Assembly (NCBI GenBank): GCA_902587125.1
Contig: CACIJW010000004.1
Coordinates: 31,003-95,002, forward strand
Reading direction: 5' to 3'
DNA: 64,000 nucleotides
Source: an uncultured Bacteroidota bacterium
Lineage (GTDB): Bacteria > Bacteroidota > Bacteroidia > Flavobacteriales > BACL11
A model generated the notes under the pieces. That model saw only the letters and a list, made by a program, of their open reading frames with translations, was not told where the DNA came from and searched no databases. Both the position numbers and the translations under genes were made by a program. Within the stretch, counting starts at the first letter, position 1. The number at the start of each line of letters is the position of its first letter. Shown one piece after another: positions 48,145 through 57,981 of the stretch.

Positions 48145-49959
48145 TGTTTTATTAAACTTTTCAAATAAGTTACTGTAAATTTCACTGTTTTTCAAAAGTT
48201 TATCATGAGTGCCTGAATCAACTATTCTTCCTTTGTCAAGAATCAAAATTTTATCACAATTTTTGATCGTATTTAAATTATGTGTTATTATTAAGCAGGT
48301 TCTATCTTTCATAATATTTTGAATAGCCAAGTTAACGTATTCTGTGGAATCAGCATCAAGGGATGAAGTTGCTTCGTCAAGTATTAAAAATTCAGGATTT
48401 TGAATCAAAGTTCTAGCAATACATATTCTTTGCTTTTCTCCTTGAGACAAGTTGTTTCCTTTATCCCCCACATTAAAATTAAATTTTTCAGGTAGTTTTT
48501 TAATGAAATTATATGAGTAAGAATCCTTTGCAGCTTTAATTACATCATTATTTTTTGCATTTAGATTACCAAGAAAAATGTTGTTAAATATTGTGTCGTT
48601 GAACAAAAATGGGACTTGATCTACACTTCCAAAAAATTCCCTAACGGAACGGATTTCATATTTACTTAACTTTTCTTTATTAATATAAATTTCCCCACTA
48701 TCAAAATTATATAATCTGTTAATTAAGTCACAAATAGTTGTTTTACCTGACCCTGAGTATCCAACTATGGCAATATTTTCTCCTTTATTAATTCTGAAAG
48801 AAGTACCATTTAAAACCTTGTTGTTATCATGGCTAAAATGAACATCCTTAAACTCCAAATAATCAAAATTTTTAATTTTTTTCTTTGAGCCTTTGACATT
48901 AACTTCATCTTTCAAATTAATAATTTCAAATACTCTTTTTGAAGCCGCATTGCCTTTTTTTATGCTGTAAAATGAAGATGTCAGAGATTTAGCTGGAGGA
49001 ATTAATTGAGAAAAAATTAGAACAAAGCCAATAAATTCTTGAGCCAGAATTTCAGATTTAGTGTTTAAAACCATGGTTCCGCCAATAAGCAAAACAATTA
49101 CCAATACAATAGTACTTAAGAACTCACTCATTGGAGAGGACAAGTCTTTTTTTCTCAGTAAAGAGTTCATAAGCTGCTTATATTTTTTACTTTCAATTGA
49201 AAAAATCGAATGTATATGTTTACTTATGTTTAATGATTTAATTGTTCTAATTCCTGACAAGGTTTCATCTGCCTTACTCATAATTTTACCCATTTGATTT
49301 TGAACTTTGTCTGAATCTTTTTGCAATTGCTTGCCAATGTATCCAATTATAAATCCTACAATTGGAAACATTATTATTACAAGCAATGTTAATTTAAAAC
49401 TTAATGTTAATAACGCAATTAAAAAAATAATGATTGTGATGGGGTCTTTAAATAACATTTCTAAAGTGCTCATGATTGACCATTCTATTTCAATTAAATC
49501 ATTAGAAATTCTTGAAAGAAGATCTCCTTTTTTTCTTTTTTTAATCGATGTTATGGGAATTGAAAGTAATTTTTTATTAATTACAACTCGAATATCATTT
49601 ATAACCCCATTTCTTATTGGAACCATAAAATATAGTGCTAAATATCTAAAAAGGTTGCGAAACAAAAAGCTTATTAAAATTACTGAGCAAATTAAAATTA
49701 GTGCTTTAGCACTTCCACTGGATTCAATTGTGTGACTTATTTGATAATAAAAAAGGTTTTTGAAACTTTCAATGCTATTTATAATTTCAGGCGGGTTAAC
49801 TACTCTTTCTTGTGTTCCAAATAAAACACCTAAAAATGGTATAATCATTGTGAATGATACCAATGAGAAGATTGATGATAGTGCATTAAAAAACACATTC
49901 AAAATACAATATGCTTTGTAAACTTTTAGATAGCTTAGAAATTTCAATAAACTTTTCAC
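48133..49959 (-). CDS. ABC transporter ATP-binding/permease fusion (MsbA-like exporter)
   Basis: Six-TM N-domain. Walker A GYSGSGKTT, signature LSQGEKQR and Walker B FLILDEATS. GTG start. Confidence 0.9.
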   Translation of the reverse strand: MKSLLKFLSYLKVYKAYCILNVFFNALSSIFSLVSFTMIIPFLGVLFGTQERVVNPPEIINSIESFKNLFYYQISHTIESSGSAKALILICSVILISFLFRNLFRYLALYFMVPIRNGVINDIRVVINKKLLSIPITSIKKRKKGDLLSRISNDLIEIEWSIMSTLEMLFKDPITIIIFLIALLTLSFKLTLLVIIMFPIVGFIIGYIGKQLQKDSDKVQNQMGKIMSKADETLSGIRTIKSLNISKHIHSIFSIESKKYKQLMNSLLRKKDLSSPMSEFLSTIVLVIVLLIGGTMVLNTKSEILAQEFIGFVLIFSQLIPPAKSLTSSFYSIKKGNAASKRVFEIINLKDEVNVKGSKKKIKNFDYLEFKDVHFSHDNNKVLNGTSFRINKGENIAIVGYSGSGKTTICDLINRLYNFDSGEIYINKEKLSKYEIRSVREFFGSVDQVPFLFNDTIFNNIFLGNLNAKNNDVIKAAKDSYSYNFIKKLPEKFNFNVGDKGNNLSQGEKQRICIARTLIQNPEFLILDEATSSLDADSTEYVNLAIQNIMKDRTCLIITHNLNTIKNCDKILILDKGRIVDSGTHDKLLKNSEIYSNLFEKFNKTSVK

Positions 49960-49963
49960 TCTA

Positions 49964-49971
49964 CAAAGATA
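49964..49971 (-). promoter_or_regulatory. Putative -7 box TATCTTTG for the ABC exporter gene
   Basis: Exact TAnnTTTG, 4 nt before the GTG at 49959. A TTTG lies 23 nt upstream. Confidence 0.45.
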
Positions 49972-50014
49972 ATTAATGGTAGGAATAACGTAAACAAATT
50001 ATTATTATTGCAAA

Positions 50015-50356
50015 ATGCAATCAAACAACAGAGTGAGTAAAGTATCCAGATTAATCCAAAAGGAATTGTCAAATGTTTTTAATATTGATTTAATTAATCA
50101 ATTTTCTGGAATCATAATTAGCGTAACAACTGTAAGAATCACACCAGATTTCTCTGAAGCAAGAGTTTTTTTAAGTGTTTTTCCATTGGAGAAACCCAAT
50201 GAGTTCATTAAAGGAATAAATGATAATAAACAATTTATACGAGGCAAATTAGGAGGTAGAATTAAAAATCAATTTAGAAAAGTTCCAAAATTGATATTTT
50301 TTTTAGATGATTCAGCTGAATTTTCAAATGAAATAGAAGAGCTGATCAAAAAATAA
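50015..50356 (+). CDS. rbfA: Ribosome-binding factor A
   Basis: 113 aa. RVSKVSRLIQKELSNVF...VTTVRITPDFSEARVFLSV pattern typical of RbfA. Confidence 0.85.
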   Translation: MQSNNRVSKVSRLIQKELSNVFNIDLINQFSGIIISVTTVRITPDFSEARVFLSVFPLEKPNEFIKGINDNKQFIRGKLGGRIKNQFRKVPKLIFFLDDSAEFSNEIEELIKK

Positions 50357-50357
50357 A

Positions 50358-51569
50358 ATGAAACAAGCCTTTTATTTATCAAAAAAATTTTTTAGCTCCA
50401 AAAATAAAAGTTCAAGTTCTTATTTTATTTCTAAAGTTTCAAGCATTTCAATAGCGGCTAGTTCGTTTTCGTTAATTGTAATAATGTCAATTTTTACTGG
50501 CTTTGAAAATTTACTTTCCCAAATGTATAGTGATTTTGATCCGGATATAAAAGTAACATCTAAAAATCAAACCTTTTTCTCAAAAAGTGATTTTAATTTC
50601 GGAGATCTTGATTCAAGTCAAATTGATTATGCCCTAACAATAGAGAACAAAGTCTTAGCTAAATATGAGGATAAACAGTTTCTGGCTAATCTAAAAGGAG
50701 TTTCAAAAAACTATGAAAATGTAACCAAAATAAATGGTTTTGCAAAAGAAATTTTTTTCGAAAAAAACAATTCATATAATAATGTTTATTTAGGATTAGG
50801 ATTAGCAAATAATATTGGAATACAAAATGAAAGCTTTAATAAAACTTTAAGTTTTTTTTATCCAAATTTTAAAACAAACACAGCTTTTGGATTTAAGCCA
50901 TACAATTCTAATAAAGCTATTGTTAATAAAATATTTTCCTTTGCATCAGATGTTGACAATGAGTTTGTTATTTCTGAAATTGAATTTGCACAGAACTTAT
51001 TTTCAAAAAATGGATTAATTTCTGCAATAGAAATAAAAGTAAAAAACAAGAAAGATTTAAATACAGTCATAAAATATTTGAAAAAGAAAAATGAAAATTC
51101 TTTTTATATTAAAGATAAGTTTCAGCAAAGAGATTTTTTGTTTAAAATTCTTAACTCAGAAAAGTTAGCTGTTTTTTTTATTTTAGTGTTGATTATTTTA
51201 CTCTCCAGTTTTACTCACATTGGTTTTTTGAATATGTTTTTTATAGAAAAAAAATCAGAACTTCTAACATTAAATAAAATTGGCTTTTCTAATAAGATAA
51301 TTCAAGATGCACTTTTTTTTGTTAGCGTTAAAAAATTTGTAAGAGGACTCATGATTGGAGTTGGTTTGGCCCATTTATTTATCTTCTTACAATTGAAATT
51401 TTCATTAATTAAAATGAAAGATAATTTAGTAGTAGATTCTTATCCAATCAGCTACCAGCCGTTAATGGTATTGCAATTAATTGTTGTACTTATTTTAATC
51501 TCTATTGTATACTCTTGGTTACCAAGCAAAACTCTGTCATCAAATTTTTTAAGAAAAGCTGAATTCTGA
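50358..51569 (+). CDS. FtsX-like/LolCE-family ABC transporter permease
   Basis: 403 aa. N-terminal TM segment, large periplasmic loop and a C-terminal three-TM FtsX-like block. It follows rbfA by 1 nt. Confidence 0.7.
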   Translation: MKQAFYLSKKFFSSKNKSSSSYFISKVSSISIAASSFSLIVIMSIFTGFENLLSQMYSDFDPDIKVTSKNQTFFSKSDFNFGDLDSSQIDYALTIENKVLAKYEDKQFLANLKGVSKNYENVTKINGFAKEIFFEKNNSYNNVYLGLGLANNIGIQNESFNKTLSFFYPNFKTNTAFGFKPYNSNKAIVNKIFSFASDVDNEFVISEIEFAQNLFSKNGLISAIEIKVKNKKDLNTVIKYLKKKNENSFYIKDKFQQRDFLFKILNSEKLAVFFILVLIILLSSFTHIGFLNMFFIEKKSELLTLNKIGFSNKIIQDALFFVSVKKFVRGLMIGVGLAHLFIFLQLKFSLIKMKDNLVVDSYPISYQPLMVLQLIVVLILISIVYSWLPSKTLSSNFLRKAEF

Positions 51570-52544
51570 GAATTTATCTTTTATGCTTTCTAATATTTCT
51601 ATTATTTCAATTGAACTCTCAGATGAAACTAATTTAATTCTATGATCTTTAAAATGAGGTATGCCTCTAAAATAGTTCGTGTAGTGCCTTCTTGTTTCGA
51701 AAATTCCGAGTCTTTCACCTTTCCATGCAATTGAATGTTTCAAATGTCTTTTACATACTCTTACTCTATCTTCAATAGTTGGCTTAGAAATGGTTTCTTT
51801 GTTTTTTAAATAGCTTTTGATTTCATTAAAAATCCATGGATATCCAATTGCTGCTCTTCCAATCATTACTCCATCAATCCCATATTTTTTTTTCACTTCA
51901 AGGGCTTTTTCTCCAGAATTTATATCACCGTTACCAAAAACAGGAATATTCATTCGCGGGTTATTTTTTACCTCACCAATTAATGTCCAATCGGCTTCAC
52001 CTTTATACATCTGTTTTCTAGTTCTCCCGTGTATAGATATTGCTTTAATTCCAACATCTTGTAGCCTTTCAGCTACTTCAACTATATATTTACTATTTTC
52101 ATCCCAGCCTAATCGGGTTTTTACAGTTACTGGCAATGAGGTTGATTTAACAATTTCTTTTGTCATTTTAACCATTTTTGGAATGTCTTGTAAAATACCT
52201 GCTCCAGCTCCTTTACAAGCAACTTTTTTCACTGGGCATCCGTAATTTATATCAATTATATCAGGATTAGCTTGTTCACAGATTGCAGTGGCTAATTTCA
52301 TAGATTCTATGTTTCCCCCAAAAATTTGGATACCAATTGGTCTTTCTTCATCATATATATCCAGCTTCATAGTACTTTTTTCTGCGTCCCTAATCAATCC
52401 TTCTGAGGAAATAAATTCAGTGTACATGATGTCAGCACCATTTTCTTTACAAATTGCTCTAAATGGGGGGTCACTTACATCCTCCATTGGAGCTAACATC
52501 AAAGGGAAGTTGCCTAAATTAATATTTTCTATTTTTACACTCAC
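51549..52544 (-). CDS. dusB: tRNA dihydrouridine synthase B
   Basis: LAPMEDVSDPPFR. INYGCPVKKV (catalytic Cys). HGRTRKQMY. GTG start. Confidence 0.9.
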   Translation of the reverse strand: MSVKIENINLGNFPLMLAPMEDVSDPPFRAICKENGADIMYTEFISSEGLIRDAEKSTMKLDIYDEERPIGIQIFGGNIESMKLATAICEQANPDIIDINYGCPVKKVACKGAGAGILQDIPKMVKMTKEIVKSTSLPVTVKTRLGWDENSKYIVEVAERLQDVGIKAISIHGRTRKQMYKGEADWTLIGEVKNNPRMNIPVFGNGDINSGEKALEVKKKYGIDGVMIGRAAIGYPWIFNEIKSYLKNKETISKPTIEDRVRVCKRHLKHSIAWKGERLGIFETRRHYTNYFRGIPHFKDHRIKLVSSESSIEIIEILESIKDKFSEFSFS

Positions 52545-52548
52545 CTCG

Positions 52549-52556
52549 CAAAATTA
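52549..52556 (-). promoter_or_regulatory. Putative -7 box TAATTTTG for dusB
   Basis: Exact TAnnTTTG, 4 nt before the GTG at 52544. Confidence 0.45.
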
Positions 52557-52577
52557 ACTTAAATAGAATAAATGTAA

Positions 52578-53450
52578 ATGTTCAAGTCTGGATCAATTTT
52601 TTTTAAACTGCTTTCATTGCTTATTCTTATGCTAATATCAACGTCTTTTTGTTTATTAGTTTCAAATTTTTTTATTACCTCTTATTTTGATGTAAGTATG
52701 CAGAATTTGGATTTTTTTTTATCTGATTACAGCTCAAAAAAATCTATTCTAGCACTTAAAATTATACAAATAGCATCTGCATTTGGAATTTTTATACTTC
52801 CTGTTTTAATTTTTTTTAAAATTTATAAAATGAAGCTAATTTATGATTTGCCAAATTTAAAATTAGTTTTTCTAAGCATTTTAATTATTTTTCTTGGTAA
52901 TGGAATGGTTGATTTGCTATTTAAAATTAATCAGCTTTTTCCTTTGTCTGACTGGATGATCTCATATGAGGAAAATGCTAAAATAATTACTCAGAAGTTC
53001 TTAATAATGGGCTCAGTTAATGATTTATTACTTAACATTTTTGTTATTGCAATATTGCCAGCAATAGGTGAGGAAATACTATTTAGAGGTCTCATACAAA
53101 ATAGTTTAATAGAAAATAAGATTAATTATTTGTACTCAATAGTGATTACGGCAATTATCTTTTCTGCCATACACATGCAATTTGCTGGATTTTTACCAAG
53201 ACTTGGTTTAGGCATATTACTTGGCTATATTTATTTTGTAACAAAGAATATTTGGTATCCTATTATTTGTCATTTTTTTAATAACTTTTTAATTGTTTTT
53301 ATAAGCTATTTATCACAGAATAATTTGATACAGGTTCAACTTGATATTGACAACTATCAGCTAAGTAACTTTACAGCTATATTGTTTTTAGCATGTATGA
53401 TTTATTTAATTTTTTATTTCAAGAAAGAAATTCAAAAAAAGGCTGTTTAG
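52578..53450 (+). CDS. CPBP family intramembrane glutamic endopeptidase (CAAX protease-like)
   Basis: Polytopic membrane protein with the motifs GEEILFRG, FSAIH and HFFNN. Confidence 0.8.
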   Translation: MFKSGSIFFKLLSLLILMLISTSFCLLVSNFFITSYFDVSMQNLDFFLSDYSSKKSILALKIIQIASAFGIFILPVLIFFKIYKMKLIYDLPNLKLVFLSILIIFLGNGMVDLLFKINQLFPLSDWMISYEENAKIITQKFLIMGSVNDLLLNIFVIAILPAIGEEILFRGLIQNSLIENKINYLYSIVITAIIFSAIHMQFAGFLPRLGLGILLGYIYFVTKNIWYPIICHFFNNFLIVFISYLSQNNLIQVQLDIDNYQLSNFTAILFLACMIYLIFYFKKEIQKKAV

Positions 53451-53914
53451 TAAGTACCCTTCCTTGTAGAATAATTTATTTTCAAAGAATTAGCCTTACG
53501 CAACTCTTGCTTAATGTCAGTTATAATACCCATTTTGACACTTTCATCAGATTTGATTGAAGTTGTCATGTAAGGAATTTCTTTTTCGTCTTTTGCTTCT
53601 CTTTCGGAAGCAATGAATTCTTGAATTTCATTTAATGTTGCAAAAGAATCATTAAGCTGAATTCTTGGTTTTGATCCAAATGAAGCCTGCATTCTTTTTA
53701 CTGGTGGCCCAACGTATATGTAACTTACTAAAGATTTTTTCTCCATTTTCTTTATTTCAGTTGCCTTTGGAATCATTACTTCAACAAAAAGAGTTGTTTC
53801 TCTCATCACAGTAGTTACCATAAAGAAAAAAAGCAACATAAAAACTATGTCTGGCAGTGCTGCAGTTGAAATAGCTGGAGTTCCTTTATTATCTTTGTTT
53901 CTAAACTTTGACAT
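53447..53914 (-). CDS. exbD: Biopolymer transporter ExbD/TolR
   Basis: 155 aa. N-terminal LPDIVFMLLFFFMVTTVM TM segment followed by a periplasmic domain. Confidence 0.8.
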   Translation of the reverse strand: MSKFRNKDNKGTPAISTAALPDIVFMLLFFFMVTTVMRETTLFVEVMIPKATEIKKMEKKSLVSYIYVGPPVKRMQASFGSKPRIQLNDSFATLNEIQEFIASEREAKDEKEIPYMTTSIKSDESVKMGIITDIKQELRKANSLKINYSTRKGTY

Positions 53915-53915
53915 A

Positions 53916-54458
53916 TCAGCCTCCTATATTTTTTGGTTCTGCTTCAGAAATTTTTTGCGGATATTCGTTTCTTATTTCTTTTTGTTTTGATTTGTTTAAA
54001 TCAATGTATCTTTCTCCAAACCTTTCCAAAGCGACTTCATTTCTGATTTCATTGTAAGCTGCAGCTAATTCATTCTGGACTCTAACATACATTTTGTAAG
54101 AGGTCCCTCTGTCATTTTGAAGTGAGATTATGGCTTTTTCTGGATTGTCTGATAGAGTAGGATTTGCACCGTTATTATTGATAAATTTTTTAGCTCCTTC
54201 TTTTAGTTGGCTTATATTCATTGGCTCTCCTTCAACTAAAAGATTATCTCCAGCATTTACCAACACAACATATATGTTTCTTGCATGAATTTCTGGTGGA
54301 GTTTCTTGTTCTTCCTCAGGCATTGGAGGTAGTTTTCTAGCTATTCCAGTGTCAACATCCATTGTGGTTGTGACAAGAAAAAATATTAGTAATAAAAAAG
54401 CAATATCCGCCATTGAACCAGCATTGATTTCCTGTAATCCTCTTTTTTTTCTAGCCAT
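53916..54458 (-). CDS. exbD: Biopolymer transporter ExbD/TolR (longer paralog)
   Basis: 180 aa. EINAGSMADIAFLLLIFFLVTTTM TM segment followed by a periplasmic domain. Confidence 0.8.
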   Translation of the reverse strand: MARKKRGLQEINAGSMADIAFLLLIFFLVTTTMDVDTGIARKLPPMPEEEQETPPEIHARNIYVVLVNAGDNLLVEGEPMNISQLKEGAKKFINNNGANPTLSDNPEKAIISLQNDRGTSYKMYVRVQNELAAAYNEIRNEVALERFGERYIDLNKSKQKEIRNEYPQKISEAEPKNIGG

Positions 54459-54788
54459 TTATTTCTTAAATGCTTTGGTAAATTCTGAATAGATTACTCC
54501 AATTATCGCGATAGTAGTTAAAATATAGAAAGTGTATAAGCCCATTCCAACTCTTTTTGATGATGAAGAGCTTATTTCATATTTTTCATATGATGGTAAA
54601 ACAGTATCAGAGGCTAGTACAAATGATAAAATGACAACAGCAATAAATGCACTAATTCCAACAAGAGTTTTTTTCGAGTTTCCACTTCTAGAAAAAAGTT
54701 TTAAAACACCAAAAGATATGGCAATAAGTGCACCAATAGCAATCAGAGCGTAAGTTAAAAGAATACCAATATTTACTATGCTGACCAT
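54459..54788 (-). CDS. Hypothetical three-helix membrane protein embedded in the exbB-exbD cluster
   Basis: 109 aa with three hydrophobic helices. It abuts the exbD start (0-nt gap) and lies 4 nt after the exbB stop. Confidence 0.55.
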   Translation of the reverse strand: MVSIVNIGILLTYALIAIGALIAISFGVLKLFSRSGNSKKTLVGISAFIAVVILSFVLASDTVLPSYEKYEISSSSSKRVGMGLYTFYILTTIAIIGVIYSEFTKAFKK

Positions 54789-54792
54789 TACT

Positions 54793-55593
54793 TTATTTTT
54801 TTGACAATAAATCTACTAACTTGATTGAGGCATCTTCCATATCATTTACTAGGTTGTCAATCTTGGACACTAAATAATTGTAGAAAATCTGCAATATGAT
54901 TGCTACTATAAGTCCAAAAACAGTTGTTAAAAGAGCAACTTTTATTCCTCCAGCAACAAGTGATGGAGAAATATCTCCAGCAGCCTCAATGGCATCAAAT
55001 GCACCAATCATACCAATAACCGTACCCATGAATCCAAGCATGGGTGCAAGTGCAATGAATAAAGAAATCCAAGATAAACCTCTTTCTAATAACCCCATCT
55101 GCACAGACCCGTATGAAACGACAGATTTTTCAACCATTTCAATACCTTCGTTAGATCTTTCAAGACCTTGATAGAATATTGAGGCTACAGGCCCTTTCGT
55201 ATTTCTACAAATCGTTTTAGCATCTTCAACACCGCCGCTTGACAGTGCTGATTCAACATCATTAACAAGTTTTTCAGTATTCTGGGATGCGAGATTTAAA
55301 TATATAATTCTCTCTATTGATAGCGCTAGGCCTAAAATTAAACACAATAAGACAATCCCCATAAAACCAGGACCTCCTTCTATAAACTTTTCTTTTATAA
55401 CTTGATGGAAACTTTTACTTTCATCAACTTCTGGTTCTTGCATAACCTCAACAACTTCTTCTGTTGCTGAATCAGCAGACATCAAAGTATTTGTGTTTGC
55501 CATATTAGAGTCATAGCTATCTTGAGCAAAAATTATGCTAGAAAAGCATAAAACTGCAAATAGTATTGATATTGTTTTAAATCTTTTTTTCAT
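54793..55593 (-). CDS. exbB: MotA/TolQ/ExbB proton channel protein
   Basis: Signal peptide plus an acidic N-terminal extension, then three TM helices with GMIGAFDAI and ALLTTVFGL motifs. Confidence 0.85.
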   Translation of the reverse strand: MKKRFKTISILFAVLCFSSIIFAQDSYDSNMANTNTLMSADSATEEVVEVMQEPEVDESKSFHQVIKEKFIEGGPGFMGIVLLCLILGLALSIERIIYLNLASQNTEKLVNDVESALSSGGVEDAKTICRNTKGPVASIFYQGLERSNEGIEMVEKSVVSYGSVQMGLLERGLSWISLFIALAPMLGFMGTVIGMIGAFDAIEAAGDISPSLVAGGIKVALLTTVFGLIVAIILQIFYNYLVSKIDNLVNDMEDASIKLVDLLSKK

Positions 55594-55617
55594 TGTGTTG
55601 TATTTTTATAAGTGGAA

Positions 55618-55625
55618 CAAATTTA
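55618..55625 (-). promoter_or_regulatory. Putative -7 box TAAATTTG for the exbB cluster
   Basis: Exact TAnnTTTG, 24 nt before the ATG at 55593. Confidence 0.4.
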
Positions 55626-55633
55626 AAAAAATA

Positions 55634-56326
55634 TTATAATGATGCTAAGTATCTTCTGTTTACTTCATCCCAGTTTATAATATTAAAAAATGCATTTATA
55701 TAATCAGGTCGTCTGTTTTGATAATTTAAATAGTATGCATGCTCCCAGACATCGATTCCTAAGATCGGAGTCCCTCCGCAACTATTTTCCATTATTGGAT
55801 TATCTTGATTTGCAGTAGAGCAAGTTTTTAGTTTACCGTTGTTCACATAAAGCCATGCCCAGCCAGAACCAAATTGAGTTGCTGCAGCTTTAGAAAAAGT
55901 ATCCTTAAAATTATCGAAACTTCCGAAACTTTCAACAATCGCATTTCCTACTTCATTGTTTGGTATTCCACCTCCATTAGGGGTTATAATTTCCCAAAAC
56001 AAACAGTGATTGTAAAATCCTCCTCCATTATTCCTAACAGCACTTGATAGATTTTTCGATTTCAGTATTTCTTCAATAGACTTGCCTGCTAGTTCAGTAC
56101 CTTCTATTGCTGCATTTAGCTTCGTAGTATAACCATTGTGATGTTTACTATGGTGAATCTCCATTGTTTTAGCATCAATATGAGGCTCTAATTCGTTGTA
56201 TGAGTATTTTAGTTTTGGTAATTCAAATGCCATATTTTTTCTTTTAAAATTAAACAATCTTGGAACAAAAGCTAAAGTTGCAATACCCAAAGTTAAATAT
56301 GCTAGAAACTTTCTTCTTGTGCTCAC
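55634..56326 (-). CDS. Fe/Mn superoxide dismutase with N-terminal twin-arginine-like extension
   Basis: EIHHSKHH and DVWEHAYY metal-site motifs. From the GTG start the N-terminus is [21 protein letters not shown]. An internal ATG at 56233 gives the canonical [10 protein letters not shown] start. Confidence 0.9.
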   Translation of the reverse strand: MSTRRKFLAYLTLGIATLAFVPRLFNFKRKNMAFELPKLKYSYNELEPHIDAKTMEIHHSKHHNGYTTKLNAAIEGTELAGKSIEEILKSKNLSSAVRNNGGGFYNHCLFWEIITPNGGGIPNNEVGNAIVESFGSFDNFKDTFSKAAATQFGSGWAWLYVNNGKLKTCSTANQDNPIMENSCGGTPILGIDVWEHAYYLNYQNRRPDYINAFFNIINWDEVNRRYLASL

Positions 56327-56342
56327 CAGACAAAAGTAATAA

Positions 56343-57143
56343 TTATTTTTCTTCGAAGAAGCCCTCGCTAATTAAAAATTCTTTTTGATTATTTTGTATG
56401 TTATTTTTTATGTTTTCTTTATTTCTAAGATTTTTGTAAACTAAGTTACAGCAATTTATTAAGGCTTCTTCGTCATATTTTATTTCTAAAAAATTAAAAG
56501 CTTCTGTTAATATTTCTTTAGCGTTTAGAGTAAGGTTAGAGTAATTGATTGAAAAAAAATCTTTATTAGATTCATTAAAAAATTTACTAATCGCGATATT
56601 AGATAATCTCCATTCAAGAAGTCCTTTATTAAAATCAGTTTTTAAAAAATCTTTAGTTTCAATGTTATTACTCTTTGCATATTCAATTAACAATCTTAGC
56701 TTGTTGTCATTGATGCCATACCAATTCCCCTTTCCAATTTTTTCTTCAATTGATGCCGCAACTTCAAGAGGATTTCTTTCAATGACAATAAATTTTGCTT
56801 CAGGAAAAGCTTTATTAATAAAATTTAATCTAAAGCAGTTTACAGGAAGTTTTTCAAGAATATTATTCTTCTTGTGTTTTTCAGCTTCTTTAAAAAAAAC
56901 ACTTCTAATCTTTTCATTTTTTTTTGTGTTGTAGTCACTATTCTTGAAATCAAGCACAGAGTTGATATTGTCCCAAATGTTAAATTCAGGAAAGACCTTA
57001 TGCCAAAGATCGCGCCTTTCGTTCAAAACATGTGTATTGGAGCATGAGCCAATAAGCCTGGAAAGTAGTGTTGTTCCAGACCTACCACATCCTACAAGAA
57101 AAACAATATTGTCTGGCTTTTTTTTGCTAAATAAATTAATCAT
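56343..57143 (-). CDS. Sulfotransferase family protein (PAPS-dependent type)
   Basis: 5'-PSB loop [13 protein letters not shown] and a downstream [11 protein letters not shown] (3'-PB-like). 266 aa. Confidence 0.7.
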   Translation of the reverse strand: MINLFSKKKPDNIVFLVGCGRSGTTLLSRLIGSCSNTHVLNERRDLWHKVFPEFNIWDNINSVLDFKNSDYNTKKNEKIRSVFFKEAEKHKKNNILEKLPVNCFRLNFINKAFPEAKFIVIERNPLEVAASIEEKIGKGNWYGINDNKLRLLIEYAKSNNIETKDFLKTDFNKGLLEWRLSNIAISKFFNESNKDFFSINYSNLTLNAKEILTEAFNFLEIKYDEEALINCCNLVYKNLRNKENIKNNIQNNQKEFLISEGFFEEK

Positions 57144-57981
57144 GAATTAAGTATTGCCACGCTAAATCAACTTGATTCATATTTATTAATTTTTTAGCTT
57201 TTTCGTGCATTTGAAGTGATGTTTGATTACAAACAAAATCAGGGTCTTTTTTTGGAATATCTTCATAGCTTGCTAAAACTGCTAATTCATTGCCTGAAAG
57301 AACAGAGCTAGTTCTTATTTTTTTTGGAAGTTTATCAAACCCCATCCCAATTTTTGCTTTCGGCTTTGGAATTTCAAAAATTGAATCTTCAGTTGTCTTA
57401 CCATAAAAATTACCACCATGTCTTGAAACAGCATCTAATTTTTTTGGATCAATTTCGAAATTGTGATTCATTATCTTCTCATTAACATGAAATTTTAAAA
57501 CTTCACACAACACAAGATTACCTGAACTGGATTTGTTACCTAAAGGAATTACTTTAACTAATCTACATTCCATATTGATATTGGATTCTCCAATAAGACT
57601 AGCATTTACTAAATCAGCTTTAACCTCGCTTAAGCCTGCTTTTTCAAATTCATTAACACCACTTGGATATTCACAGCTAGTTAATGAAATTTGTTGTACT
57701 ATTTTTGTATTAACAATTCCAATAACACATTCTTTTGTTTCAATAATATTGCTAAGAGTATCTTTTTGATCTTTGCCTTTTGGCTTTCCTGTTGGAGAGA
57801 AAACAACTACTGGGGGATCAACACTAAATGCGTTAAAAAAGCTGTAGGGACTCAAGTTTGATATACCCATTTTATTTTTTGTACTAACAAAAGCAATGGG
57901 TCTTGGAGTAATTGCAGCTGCTAAAATTTTATATATGTCAACATTTTGATTCTTTTTAATGTCTATACTTACTCTTTTCAT
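57136..57981 (-). CDS. Flavin reductase-like (FMN-binding split barrel) protein with C-terminal extension
   Basis: AAAITPRPIAFVST...SPYSFFN pattern of flavin reductase-like domains. About 80 extra C-terminal residues. Confidence 0.7.
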   Translation of the reverse strand: MKRVSIDIKKNQNVDIYKILAAAITPRPIAFVSTKNKMGISNLSPYSFFNAFSVDPPVVVFSPTGKPKGKDQKDTLSNIIETKECVIGIVNTKIVQQISLTSCEYPSGVNEFEKAGLSEVKADLVNASLIGESNINMECRLVKVIPLGNKSSSGNLVLCEVLKFHVNEKIMNHNFEIDPKKLDAVSRHGGNFYGKTTEDSIFEIPKPKAKIGMGFDKLPKKIRTSSVLSGNELAVLASYEDIPKKDPDFVCNQTSLQMHEKAKKLINMNQVDLAWQYLIHD

